Below are positions 13,147 through 25,199 of a stretch of DNA of 63,397 bases, piece by piece. Location: the NCBI RefSeq assembly GCF_001194135.2, contig NC_068982.1:77534384-77597780 (forward strand), read 5' to 3'. The position numbers and the translations under genes were made by a program. The first letter of the stretch is position 1. Every line of letters starts with the position of its first letter. The notes under the pieces are model-generated. The model saw only the letters and a list, made by a program, of their open reading frames with translations. It was not told where the DNA came from and searched no databases. The stretch comes from Octopus bimaculoides (Eukaryota).

Positions 13147-14563
13147 CAGGGTGTCCCAAAATTAAGGCAACCAACTTTTTTCAATTTTGCCAAAGCAAAA
13201 TTTTGTTTTATTTCAGGTCTAAGCATTGCATGGCAATGGTAAAGGAAACACAATTATAATACTACCACATCTATTTGATATGACCATCTCTCTTCTGAAT
13301 CACAACTTTAAGTCTAGGTGTGAATGCTTCACATGTAGTACACAACTGTTCTTTTGGAATCAAAATCCCATTCCTGGTGCAGTTTTGCCTTCAGAGCATT
13401 GAGCAAAGCATGCAGAGTGCTTGAGACCCTTGTCTCCAAAATGGATCACACAGAAAAATCCAACGAGTTGAGATCAGGGCTTCTTGAGGGCCACACATCC
13501 TTGCCTATAAATGATGGAATATTTTTCTGAATCCAGTGTTGTGCCTGTTTGGAGCTATGGGATGGTGTCAAACCCTGTTGGAGGCTCCAAGGTGCACCTT
13601 GAAAGTGCTCATTCACCCACGGAAGCAGTTCAGATTCCAGAATGTTACTAGTATATTGCTGGATGTTAATTTTAACATCTGAGGGCACAAAAAAGAGGGG
13701 AGACCTTGCAGTGGCTGTCACAGCTTCCCAAACCATAACTGACTATGGATTTTGATGCCAATTTATGAGTCTACCCTCGATGGAGCCAGATACACTCCAA
13801 AGTTGGTCATTCTGGTGGTCTACTGTCTGTTTGATGTCAAATTTCTTTCCATCAGTGAACTCCAAGTTGGGCAATGTGCCTTCAGCAATATGACGCTAGA
13901 TAAGACAATTTCTCTCCAATCTCATGGCCTTAAACTTGCGTAAACTCACAATGGCAGGCCATCTCGTTGGGGTGGGTTTGGAGATTCTCCTTCAGTACTC
14001 GATACATCAATGTTTGGTTTATTTTTGCTGTGGCAGCCAGTTTTCTAATGGAATGATGAGGATTTCACTGTATCTTTTCTCTAGTACTTATGATAAGCAG
14101 AAGGGTCTGCACATATCTTTTTTTGGCCATGTCCAGGTTGATTGGCAGCAGAACCAGTCTCCTGAAATTTCTTGACAATTTTCCAGACTGTTGTTCAGTT
14201 AATTTTAAGCTTTTTTGCTTTCACCTCTTTCGTGGAGGATTATGATTGTATTTCAATCTATAGCCATTATCTAATTTATAAATCTGAATTTATTTAGTCT
14301 GAAACAAAAAGAAGACACACTAAGCTTTTATAATGATGTATAATTTTCATATTTGATCAAGTAACTCCTTGAACTTTTATCAACTAGTTCTTACTCTAGC
14401 TACTATACTTTTAGAGCAACCACCTCCCTTGTTAATCACACACACACACACATGTATATGTGTGTGTGTATACATATATATAAATACACACACATATACA
14501 CACGCGCACACACATAGTTATTAAAACCTGAAACTTTGGTTGCCTTAACTTCGGGACACCCTG
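13147..14563 (-). mobile_element. Decayed Tc1/mariner element, DD37D (maT-like), second family
   Basis: 28-bp TIRs CAGGGTGTCCC(A/G)AA(A/G)TTAAGGCAACCAA with TA target duplication. ORF 13446-13736 reads QQG(D to G)...WPSRSPDLNSLD with 37 residues between the D2 and D3 positions. Confidence 0.9.
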
Positions 14564-14576
14564 TAGCATATACATA

Positions 14577-14613
<37 letters not shown>

Positions 14614-14924
14614 ATTTATTGGCAAATATATATGTAAGCATGACTTATGTACATGCATGGATGTGTGTACACTTGTGTGTGTGTATTTATATGTGTTTGT
14701 GTGTATGAATTTATATATGTGTATTTATATATATTAAAGTATATGTGATTTTAAATACATATTTATATGTATGCATGTATAAGCAAGCACACATGAAAGG
14801 TAAAATATGTATGAAACATCTATTAAATCACTACCAAAAACATTTATAGACAAAACAGAGTAAAAATATTTTATTCTCATGTATTTCATACATGTACATC
14901 TAAGTAAATAAATGTGTGTATACT

Positions 14925-16220
14925 ACCATCCTCATTTAACATCCATGCTGACATGGGTTGGATGGTTTGACAGGATCTGATGTGTCAAAAGACAACACCT
15001 TGCTCCAATGTCCTCTTTGGAATGATTTCTACAGCTGGATGCCCCTCTTAACAGCAACCACTTTACAGTATGGTCTGGGTGCTCTTTTATGCCACTTACA
15101 CTATTACAGTCACCATGCAGTTCATAAGACTAAAAACCATGGAGGGGGTCATCGTCATGCTAGGGAACAAGGGGATTATTATGAAAGGTGGGGGAGGACA
15201 GAGCAGGTTCTTTTAGAGAGATCTTCATAGCTACTCACATCTAGTAGGGGAAAGGGGGAGAGAGAAAAAGAAAATGATCAGTAGGAGCTGCAAGAAATAG
15301 ATAATGGAGATGAAGTGCCCAAGTGGCCCCACAAGGGATTAGAAGAAATAGGTGGGTGAGATGGCAGTTTACGAGAGTGTATGAGAAGAAGAATGAGGGG
15401 ATAGAATGAGTATGAGTGAAAGGTGGATGAACAAAAGAAACCATGAGCCGAATAAGATACAAGGATGTAGAAGAAAGAGTGGGGGATGGGGAGCAGCAGG
15501 AGTAGTAAGATGATAAATTTGCAAGTGGGGAGGAATCCAAGGGAAAAAGAGAGAGATGACATGGTTGGGTATAATTTAAGAGCCCTGGGTGGGAAGGAAA
15601 GAGACAGGCAAAATGCATGAATGTGGGAAAGGAATCATAACAAGAGTAGAGAGCACAAAACATAGCACTTCCAGAACTCAATTTTTTGAAGAGGGCAAGT
15701 CTTTTTGAGAACCTCATATCATCGGATTCCAGTCCTTTGTAATCTCTTCTGTTAGGCTCAGGGTCTTATGGTCAGCCTTCACTACTTCATCCCATGTCTT
15801 CCTAGGTCTCCTCCTTCTGCAAGTTTCAGTCACATTAAGCAATAGGCACTTCTTATACAGTTATTGTCATCCATACACATTCATACCAGTAAAGTCTTCT
15901 TTCTTGAATACAACACCTGATTTCTCTTATGTTTATCACTCAGCATCTTCATACTAATTTTTTCATGCACACTCACAGTGTGTATCCAACAGAACATGCT
16001 CACTTCATGTCTTTCTAATCTTCTCAAGTCTGCTGCAGTCAAGGCTCATGTCACACTACAATGCAGCATTGAAGTTCTCACACAAGCATCATACAATCTA
16101 CCCTTCACTCTTAAGGAAAAGATCCTTGTTGTAAAAATTTGTAGTAACTCCTTGAACTTTTACCAACCAGTTCTTGTTCTAGCTACTATACTTTTAGAGC
16201 AACCACCTCTCTTGCTAATC
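14925..16220 (-). mobile_element. RTE LINE 3' fragment interrupted by a purine-rich tract
   Basis: ORF-end remnant about 15770-16220 (RRPRKT) and 3' UTR about 14925-15125. Confidence 0.65.
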
Positions 16221-16308
16221 ACACACACACATGTCTATGTGTGTGTGTATACATATATATAAATACACACACATATACATGCACACACACATATACACAT
16301 ACACATAC

Positions 16309-16537
16309 GGTGAGCTGACAGAAACGTTAGCACGCCGAGCGAAACGCTTAGTGGTATTTCGACTGCCGTTACATTCTGAGTTCAAATTCCGCCGAGGTCG
16401 ACTTTGCCTTTCATCCTTTCAGGGTCGATTAAATAAGTACCAGTTATGCACTGGGGTCAATATAATCGACTTAATCCGTGTGTCTGTCCTTGTTTGTCCC
16501 CTCTGTGTGTAGCCCCTTGTGGGCAGCAAAGAAATAA
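16309..16537 (+). mobile_element. tRNA-derived SINE, family A
   Basis: A-box-like GAGCTGACAGAA, B-box GAGTTCAAATTCC, central GCCTTTCATCCTTTCAGGGTCGATTAAATAAGTACCAG. Confidence 0.85.
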
Positions 16538-16859
16538 CATACACATACATACACACATGTATATGTGTGTGTGTGTGCATGTCTACATGCATGTATGCTT
16601 AAAATGTATTTTGCATATGTTTACATATGTGTATGTTCCAGCAGGTATGGATGTATTTGTGTATAATTGTATAAACAATGTATAATTTTATAAACATGCT
16701 TATATGTATTGTACAATGTAAATTTACTGGTGTGGATGGACAAATCTAATGGATTTTTTACCTTACATTTCTTCCTTTTATCATGTTTCTCTCCTTCCCC
16801 CTTTTTCACCATTATAAGATACACCAATAAGTGTATCCACAATAGTGTATTTATATTCT

Positions 16860-17252
16860 TGTGCTTTTACATATGCATGTATGTATGTATGTATGTATGT
16901 ATGTATGCATGTATGTATGTATGTATGTATGTATAGTATCATACAGAGATGTGTATGTATAGATGCAAACATATATGTAGATATATGTATACTAATTTAA
17001 TAATTCATATAGTTATCTGTAAAAGTGTGCGTTCATAAAGATATATTTTGTTGTCTTACAAGAGTCATTATACCAATACTGATGTATGTATATGTATGTA
17101 TATGTGCATGTATATGTGCGTGTCTGTGTAGATACAAGTATGTGTATATATGTGTATGTATGTATGCATATGTATGCGTATATATATATGCTTGTATTTA
17201 TGCATGTGTGGATATATATCTGCACATTTATTTTTGTATATGCGTGTGTGTA

Positions 17253-17283
<31 letters not shown>

Positions 17284-17330
17284 ATATGTATATATANNNN
17301 NNNNNNATATATATATCATCATCTTCATCT
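16860..17330 (+). repeat. (TATG)n, (TG)n and (TA)n compound microsatellite
   Basis: Direct inspection. Confidence 0.9.
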
Positions 17331-17334
17331 CTTC

Positions 17335-18310
17335 ATCATCATTGTCTAATGTCTGTTGTCCATGCTGGCATAGGTTGGATGGGTTGACTAGGCTGGCACA
17401 CTAGAAGGTTGCGCCAGGATCCGGTCTGATTTGGCATGGTTTTCTATGGCTGGATGCCCCTCCTAACACCAACCATTCCGAGAGTGAAATGGATGCTTTT
17501 ACATGCCACCAGCACAAGTGCCATTTGCGTGACACTGGTATCTACCACTACTGTGATTTTGCTTGGCTTGATGGGTCTTCTTCGCAAGCATGACATGCCA
17601 AAGGTCTTGGTCATTGCCTCTGTAAAGCCCAACACTTGAAAGGAGCTCGGCCATTTTGCCTTCATGATGCCCAACGCTCGAAAGGAACTCAGCCACCTCA
17701 CCTCTGTGAGGCCTGTTTGAAAGGAACTCAACCACCTCGCCTCTGTGAGGCTCAACACTTGAAAGGAACTCAGCCACTTTGCCACCGTGCCACTTGAAAG
17801 GAGCACGGCCACTCTGCCTCCACAAGTCCCGATGCTCGAAAGGATCTCAGCCATCTCGCCTCCGTGAGGTCTACTTGAAAGGAACTCAGCCACTTTGTCT
17901 CTGTAAGGCCTGACATTCAAAAGTTGATTTTTTTTTTTACATGCCACCAACACAGGTGCAGTTGGCTTGATGGGTCCTCGTAAGCAGAGCACATCGCCAA
18001 AGGTCTCAGTCTCTAGTCATTACCTATGTGAAGCTCAAAGTTTGAAGGTCATGCTTCACTGCCTCATCTCATGTCTTCCTAGGTCTACCTCTACCACAGG
18101 TCCCTTCCACAGTTAGAGATCGGAACTTCTTTACACAACTGTCCTTATCCATACACATCACATGACCATACCAGCACAGTCGTCTCTCTTGCACACCACA
18201 GCTGATTCCTCTTATACCTAACTTTTCTCTTAAGATGCTTACACTTTGCTGAACATGTACACTGATATTGCACATCTAGCGAAGCATTCTGGCTTCATTT
18301 CTCTCAATAT
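17335..18310 (-). mobile_element. RTE LINE 3' end with expanded minisatellite in the UTR
   Basis: LREKLGIRGISCGVQERRLCWYGHVMCM...GRGRPRKT, then UTR ending in (TGA)n. Confidence 0.85.
17630..17925 (+). repeat. 35-42 bp minisatellite with core GAAAGGAACTCAGCCA
   Basis: The core starts at 17638, 17680, 17719, 17761, 17796, 17838 and 17877. Confidence 0.9.
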
Positions 18311-18466
18311 ATATATATATATCGCCAAGCTAACATGGCAGTCCAGAGAAACAGGATGAATGCTGCCATTAATTAGCTCCAAGAGGCCATCACCTCTAGA
18401 TATCTGTGACAAACAAATCTAGGTCCATAACACCTGTGAACAGGGGAATTCATCAACTTCCTCTTG

Positions 18467-18517
<51 letters not shown>

Positions 18518-18522
18518 TATAT

Positions 18523-19053
18523 ATAGTGTTCATAATTATGAACAAGTCACAATTATAACTAAGTGGATTTCAAAAACCCTTACATGTTTAGAAATAGCAG
18601 TCAAAAACCACTATAAAGCCACTATTATCACTCATATTATATCTCCTCACAATAAATGCTGTCTGCAGGCGACATGACATATAAAATTCACAACTTAAAA
18701 ATAAAAGGTTAATTCTCTATTGAAAATTTGACGTTAGGAACCTATTAAAGGTCCCATTCATCTCTTCCTGGAGAATATTCTTATAGATAGAAATTGATAT
18801 AAGACCTTACCTTGGGGCTTACATGTATCTTGACCGGCAAGAATAATGTGTCAACCTCTATCCACACATTCAAATTCTGAATTCAAACGTTATGCACATC
18901 GTTTATGAGAAAAGACCAGTAAATTTGAACCACAGCAAATAATAGTGATAATAGTGGGTTTATAGTGGTTTTTGATTGCTATTTCTAAACATGTAAGGGT
19001 TTTTGAAACCCTCTTAGTTATAACTGTGACTTGTTCATAATTATAAACACTCT
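18523..19053. mobile_element. MITE-like element with about 109-bp terminal inverted repeats
   Basis: 18523-18631 is the reverse complement of 18945-19053 (AGTGTT(C/T)ATAATTATGAACAAGTCAC...CCACTATTATCAC). It sits next to (TA)n; superfamily unclear. Confidence 0.8.
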
Positions 19054-19150
19054 TCTTCTAAGTATTTTAAGATAACATTTTTGGTCATTGATATATTCAT
19101 AAATAATTATTGTTTATGATATGTCCTCTGTAATGTATTATTACATTACA

Positions 19151-19183
<33 letters not shown>

Positions 19184-20477
19184 CAGGGTTTGGACAAAAT
19201 AATGGAAACACCTAGCATATAGCATCATAATTTTGAAATATCTATATAACTGTCAAAAGCTTGTTTATTTTTGTTTTTTGATTTATGATTAGTGTTGCTT
19301 AATATGTTTTCCTAAAATTGCTGTTTCTTTTCAGATATCATCAGAAAAAGGTAATTAAAATTCATTACAATGACAGATCTATCGGACTTTCAAAGAGGTC
19401 AGATTGCTGGTGCTTGTATGGCAGGTGCTACCGTAATGTAAACAGCCAAAATGTTTGGTTTATCAAAAAGTACTGTCTCCAAAGTAATGACAGCCTTTGA
19501 GAAAGAGGGAAAAACCTCCTCATTGAAATAAAACTCCGGAAGAAAACCGAATCTTTCAGATAGGGACTGTTAGACTCTCATGCAAATTGGTACAATGGAT
19601 CATAAAAGCACAGCTCCCAAAATTACTGAAGAACTTAATGACCACCTTGAGAACCCAGTTTCCACAAAAACTGTTCGCCTGGAGCTGCATAAAGCTGGAT
19701 TTCATGAGAGGGCTGCAATCGGAAAACCACTACTTTCAAAAACAAACGTTGCAAAACATTTAGAATGGAGTAAAAGCCTACAGAATTGGTCCCTAGAGCA
19801 GTGGAAGAATGTTATTTTCTTGGATGAGTCAACCTTTACCTTATTTCCAAGCACTGGGCAAGTATACATGTGGAGACAGCCAAAAGAAGCATTTGACCTA
19901 GACTGCCTTTTTCCAACTGTTAAACCTAGAGGAGATCTGTGATGATCGGGTGGGGGTGATCGTGGGGGTGGGAGGGCTATATCTTGGAAATCCACCAGCC
20001 CAATGGTTTCCCTAAATGGCAGAATTAATAGTGAAGACTATTTCAGCATTTTATCTGATCAAATTCATCTTATAGTTATGGAACTGTTTCTGGAGGGAAA
20101 CACAATCTTTCAGGATGATGATGATGCACCAATTCACTCAGCTAAAGTTGTTACTGAATGGCACGAGGAATATTCTAGTGAAGTTGAACATCTTATCTGG
20201 CCACCACAGTCCCCAGATCTCAATATTATTGAACATTTATGGTGCATTTTAGAAAAACAAGTAAGGAGTCAATATCTTCCACCATCATCACTACAAGAAC
20301 TGGAGACTGTTTCAGCTGAAGAATGGACAAAAATTCCTTTGGAAACAATTCAAGCTTTGTACAATTCCATACCTTGTAGAATTCAAGCTGTAATTACTGC
20401 CAAAGGTGGTCCTACCCCATATTAAAATAAATTTGTTTGAAATTTTATGGTGTTTCCATTATTTTGTCCAATCCCTG
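19184..20477 (+). mobile_element. Full-length decayed Tc1 element, DD36E-type (Incomer-like)
   Basis: 29-bp TIRs CAGGG(T/A)TTGGACAAAATAATGGAAACACC with TA on both sides; about 1.3 kb. Confidence 0.92.
19370..20425 (+). pseudogene. Tc1 transposase pseudogene (three early stops, disrupted at a G-rich insertion near 19940-19980)
   Basis: MTDLSDFQRGQIAGA...FLDESTF...FQDDDDAPIH...WPPQSPDLNIIEHLW...KGGPTPY*. There are 36 residues between D2 and E when the D preceding DAPIH is taken as catalytic. Confidence 0.88.
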
Positions 20478-20660
20478 TANNNNNNNNNNCATATATTTCC
20501 ACCTCTGTGTTTAGATACATGTTGGCTTTGACAAGAAGTATTATCGACCTTGAAATTTGTCTCTTTCCAATTAATACTTTAGTCTGATTGCTCAATAAAT
20601 TGAGCCCTATGGTGTTGTTTCTTGAAAAGATTTCACCTCTGTGATTTTTCATTATCTATC

Positions 20661-20708
<48 letters not shown>

Positions 20709-21754
20709 CATGTTTTGAGTTCTATTTTCCTGTTTGTATCATCAAACTATACATACATGCACCAATAAATACACTCACACAATGAGCTTTCCATCAACTA
20801 CATCCACTCAGGAGGCTTTGGTTGACCCACAGCTATAGGGGAAGACACTTGCCATGAATAAAAAACAATCTAACAATGATTTTTCAGAAGCCCTAAAAGT
20901 TTTAATAGAGGAAACAGTAAGTTTTGACATTCAATCCGTTCCCAGATGAATTAGCAGTAATAAATGATGATTTCCATTGGCAATTAAAACTGGTCTGAAG
21001 ACTCAGTGTGATGAGAACTTAACATGGCATTATAGGATTACTATTTGGATAATTAACAAAACAATTTCATATAAAGTGAGAAACTATTTATTTATTTATT
21101 TGTTTGTTTCTTTCATGTGTAGACATGGAAATACCCTTCTCCACTTATGAAATAAATAGGGCAAAATATCAAATTACAGTATTTCTGCTTATATCTTACC
21201 AATTATTGATTAGCATTGTTTTTGCAGTGAGGAGGAAATAAGAATTGTAGCATTTCTCTCTTTCCTGAGAGAATATAAGGCTAAATTCTTTTGAAACAAA
21301 AGAAACAAATTTACTCTTCTGTTACTATATTTCTGTTGAGATATACAGCCTTCGTGTTGATTAATTTTGAAAATAATGAAGAATTTACTAAAATAACTGC
21401 CATTATTAAGATTGGGTTTGAAGCATAAATTAACATGAAATTTTTATGCAAGGCTTTCATCTAGGTCACTCTAATCAGGAAATCTATAGCTGAAAACCAG
21501 GGTTAGTCATAGGCTGGTTAGTATCAAAAACGTTAAGGTGTTTGCTGTAATGCATAATCTGTTTAGAGATTGAATCATATGACAGAACTACTTCCATACA
21601 GCTTTGTCAGTCAAATTCACTCACAATACATTTGTCATGAGATTCAAAACCCAAACAGACTGTGCATTATAATTATACTTCGACCTTTCAACCAACATAA
21701 AGTTATCTCCTTCAATAGCACTCTCTCTCCAATTTGAGGAATCTTTGTCTTGCA

Positions 21755-21958
21755 AGTTACTTAGTAATCTCACTAGTACTGGTGCCATGTGAAAAGCACT
21801 CAGTACACTCTGTAAAGTGGTTGGTATTAGGATGGGTATAGAAACCATGCCAAAGCAGACAACAGAGCCTGGAGCAGCTCTCTGGTTTGTCAGCTCCTGT
21901 CAAACTGTCCAACCCATGCCAGCATGGAAGATGGATGTTAAACAAAGATGATGATGAT
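21755..21958 (+). mobile_element. RTE 3' UTR fragment
   Basis: Same core as 5990 with (GAT)n tail. Confidence 0.75.
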
Positions 21959-21963
21959 ATATA

Positions 21964-21990
21964 CTGGGGTTGGACAAAATAACAGAAACA
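21964..21990 (+). mobile_element. Solo TIR of the 19184 Tc1 family
   Basis: TA-CTGGGGTTGGACAAAATAACAGAAACA matches the TIR at 19184. Confidence 0.65.
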
Positions 21991-22519
21991 AGACTTTATT
22001 TTAATTTAACTAATTTTTCTTATTGGCAATATGACAAATTCAAAACTGTTCTAGTCTGCATCTATAAGTTCATATGCTTTATGTATGTTTTGAACTTGAG
22101 CTCATCTCATTTTCTTATAAATTTATAAATAAAAAAAAAAAATGATCACTCTGGCTTTTAGACCCACCCAAGCAACTGGTGGCTGTTAACTGGGTAGCTT
22201 TCTGAAGTATGTGATGTGAATAGTGAAATCATTTAAACCCACAGAAATTCTTGAGTTATAATTCTTCTTACTTCTTCTACCATAAATGGTGCATCTAGAC
22301 TATGGTAAACTATAGTCTAGATGCACCCCAGTAGATACTTTCTAATGTTTCTTAACATGAATTGTGTTCATTAAAATTGCCTGATATGGTAACAATATTG
22401 CTGTCATTCTTTCCTGTGGCAGCCCCATCACAAAGGTCTCATGAAACTATTTCTTTTGTTCATATCTCAAGATTATTTTTTGATTCATCAATTCTACATG
22501 TAGAGCCTTGTATATTTAT

Positions 22520-23500
22520 TGTAGGGAATTAGTAATAATGGTTCATCCCTCCCACATGATGAATGGAGTAAACTAGTCACTATAAGTAAAGAGAAGTACG
22601 TGAAGTACCGTAGCGAATTTTAAAATTTTGTGAAATGTTTGCAGTAGAACATATAATTACGGCACCATACCCACCCAGATCTATTGGAGAGGCAGAATGC
22701 TTTGTTGATACCTTCACAATAGCCCTTAGAACAAGGAAGTCATGGATGAGGTAGCTCTACAACAATTTTTAAGAGTGTACTATGTGACACCGAATCCAAA
22801 TACACCAGCAGGTAGCTCACCAACGGAGCTGATGTTTGCAAGGAAAGTAAAATTAGTCTTTGATAAATTGCTACCTGGCAAAAAAGAAAAAGTGCCAGGG
22901 AGGATATAGCAAGATTCTTTAGAAGTTGGTGAAAAGGTGTATATGAGGGCATACAAGAATGGAAAGCAGTGTTGGAAAGATGGCGTAATTACCAAATGCA
23001 TAGGTAAAATGATGTATTGGTTAAAAAGTAGAAAAGGTATGCAAAAAAGATTCATGGAAAGCAAACCAAAAATGTTGGAGGAACCAATGGCATGGTTGTA
23101 TGATACGTTCTAAGTACCAATGCCACTGCAGGTGATTGAACCGAGGCGTACAAGTGAGAGGACAAGAAAACATACAAAGTTCCTGAAAATAGATGCCAAG
23201 TACAAAAAATATTAAATTGTATGAAAAGTAACTAAAAAAAAAGGGAGGTGGGATTAATTAAAAAAATATTGCTAAATAAAATGACACTTCCTAAGAAAAA
23301 CTTCAAAGGGGAGATGTAGGGAATTAGTAATAATGGTATACCCCTCCCATGTGACAAGTGGCATGAGTTAGTCACTATAAATAGGAGGGTATGAGAGAGT
23401 ATGTAGTAGGTGGTCAGAGAGTACACAGTAGGCGCTATAACAATTCAACATTGTAAGGATTATAACAATATTATTGCTTTACGCAAGCAGAATTTAACAC
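22520..23500 (+). mobile_element. Ty3/gypsy LTR retrotransposon remnant (partial LTR, integrase fragment, PPT, LTR)
   Basis: Direct repeat TGTAGGGAATTAGTAATAATGGT at 22520 and 23315. Purine tract AAAGGGGAGA at 23305-23314. Integrase-like TAPYPPRSIGEAECFVDTF and SPTELMFARK. Right end approximate. Confidence 0.8.
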
Positions 23501-24039
23501 AAAAGTTGTGAATCATGAAACTTTTATGTAAATCAGCCAACTCACACCTTTCACTTAACTGAAGGTGACATTGAGAATCAAGTATCAAGTTGACTAAACA
23601 ACAACAATGCTACCACCACCACTATTGATGTAGTAAACTTATTTACCATAAAGGCAATGGATGAGAGAACATGACAAGGACAAATTATAAGCAATGGTGG
23701 GGTGGGAGTTTATGAAGAACTGATCATGGAATAATAGGAAAGAAATGAGATTCTCCAATAGGAAAACAACTACATAAGCCTAATTTTTATATCGCCTAAT
23801 TAAGGCATCCCACTAATCCAAACTTACCCTCAATTCTAAAAGCAAGTGCCTTCTAACTGTATTCACCAGCTTCCAGAGGCATACTGAGAGTAGGCTCTTT
23901 CAGTAAATTTATGGAAAGGCAGCATTTGCCAGTCCATCTTTACTTTTCTCTTTATAAAAAACTCAAAGAAGTTGATGAGGGCAACAAATAAATCTCTGTA
24001 GAATATGTAAAGATTAAAAAGAAACAGTTAATATTGTTT

Positions 24040-24640
24040 GTGGCTGTCAAATCTAAACCAAGAGAATCTATACAGGCATGACAGAGATAGGGCTCTCATA
24101 CTTTTGCAGTTTTGTCAACATTATGAAATACTAAGAGAAAATATGCAATATAAAATATTACTAGAAAAATTTTCAAGGAATGAGGAAGTGACCATATTCT
24201 GGAATATAGCAATTCCTATAAAGAAGGAGATCAAAGTTACTTGATGGATAGTATTATTAAGGATCATCAGGAAAAGAAGTAATTTCCAATAGAATAACAA
24301 TGTTTCTATAAAGGAAATACAGACACTATTCAAATATAAAGATCTGGAAATAGAGATAACCAGCGAGATGAATTGAAAACAGAAATAATTCCTATATTCA
24401 TAGATGCCTTGGGAATGATTTAAAAACCTGCAGACAAGTACATAACTAAACTCTTGAATACTACACATGTGTGCAGCATGCTGTAACTAGCATTTTTAGA
24501 CACAGCATACGTATTATGCAGTATACTTTCAACACTATGCAAAATATAAAACCAAAACAAAACACTGTACATTTGCATGGTGCATGGAACTGCACTTAGT
24601 AGTGCAATGAAAGCATGCAATAAAAATAAAACTATTAAAA
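24040..24640 (+). mobile_element. Degenerate 3' fragment of an RLE-type (R4/Dong-like) non-LTR retrotransposon
   Basis: Remnants YRHDR...VTIFWN, KYKDLEIE, IPIFIDALGMI...DKYITK...LDTAYVL, followed by an AAT-rich tail. Confidence 0.7.
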
Positions 24641-25199
24641 AATAATTACATAATAATAGTTAATTATTGGGATAAATAATTATTAATGCTAATTATTTTT
24701 ATCATTGGTACAAGAACAACAATTTAGGGATATGGGTACAAACTTAATCAGTTGCTTAGTTTAACACTACCACCTGGTATTTGGGGGGTACCTTTAGTGG
24801 AGTTCATTTTGTTGCAAGCATTTAGACCAAGTCTCCAGTTTAGGGGATACCTTCTTCCTTCAACAGATTCAAAAAACCCTTGCCTTCCCTCCTGACTAAA
24901 AGTTAAAAATAAAAATTACATCAATGCTATTATTTGATTGGTAATTATTTTGACACAAGAAAGTTCAAAAACAAAGCAAAGTGGTATAAAGTCAATTTTG
25001 TGTTCTATCCTAATACTTTTGTTTTGTTTCATAGTAAATAATTGCAAAGTAGAATTAAACTTTCCCACACTATCATGCTTTTCTTATAATTATAACAATT
25101 AGAAAACTAGCATAAAACCAGCTATGAGACTAACTATTACAATTATTGTCATTAGATATAAATCCTCATTTTTATAAAATTTAAAATATGTATACAAAC

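Noticed and set aside
15241-15717. 158-aa minus-strand ORF
   Set aside because: Low-complexity translation of a purine/pyrimidine-biased tract inside a LINE remnant.
17700-17880. Hammerhead-like CTGTGAG...CTCGAAA in the minisatellite units
   Set aside because: The core lacks A6, helix II does not pair properly, and there is no helix I/III or NUH site.
17630-17925. CRISPR-like repeat-spacer array
   Set aside because: Spacers are homologous to each other, the period is irregular, the context is a eukaryotic LINE UTR, and there are no cas genes.
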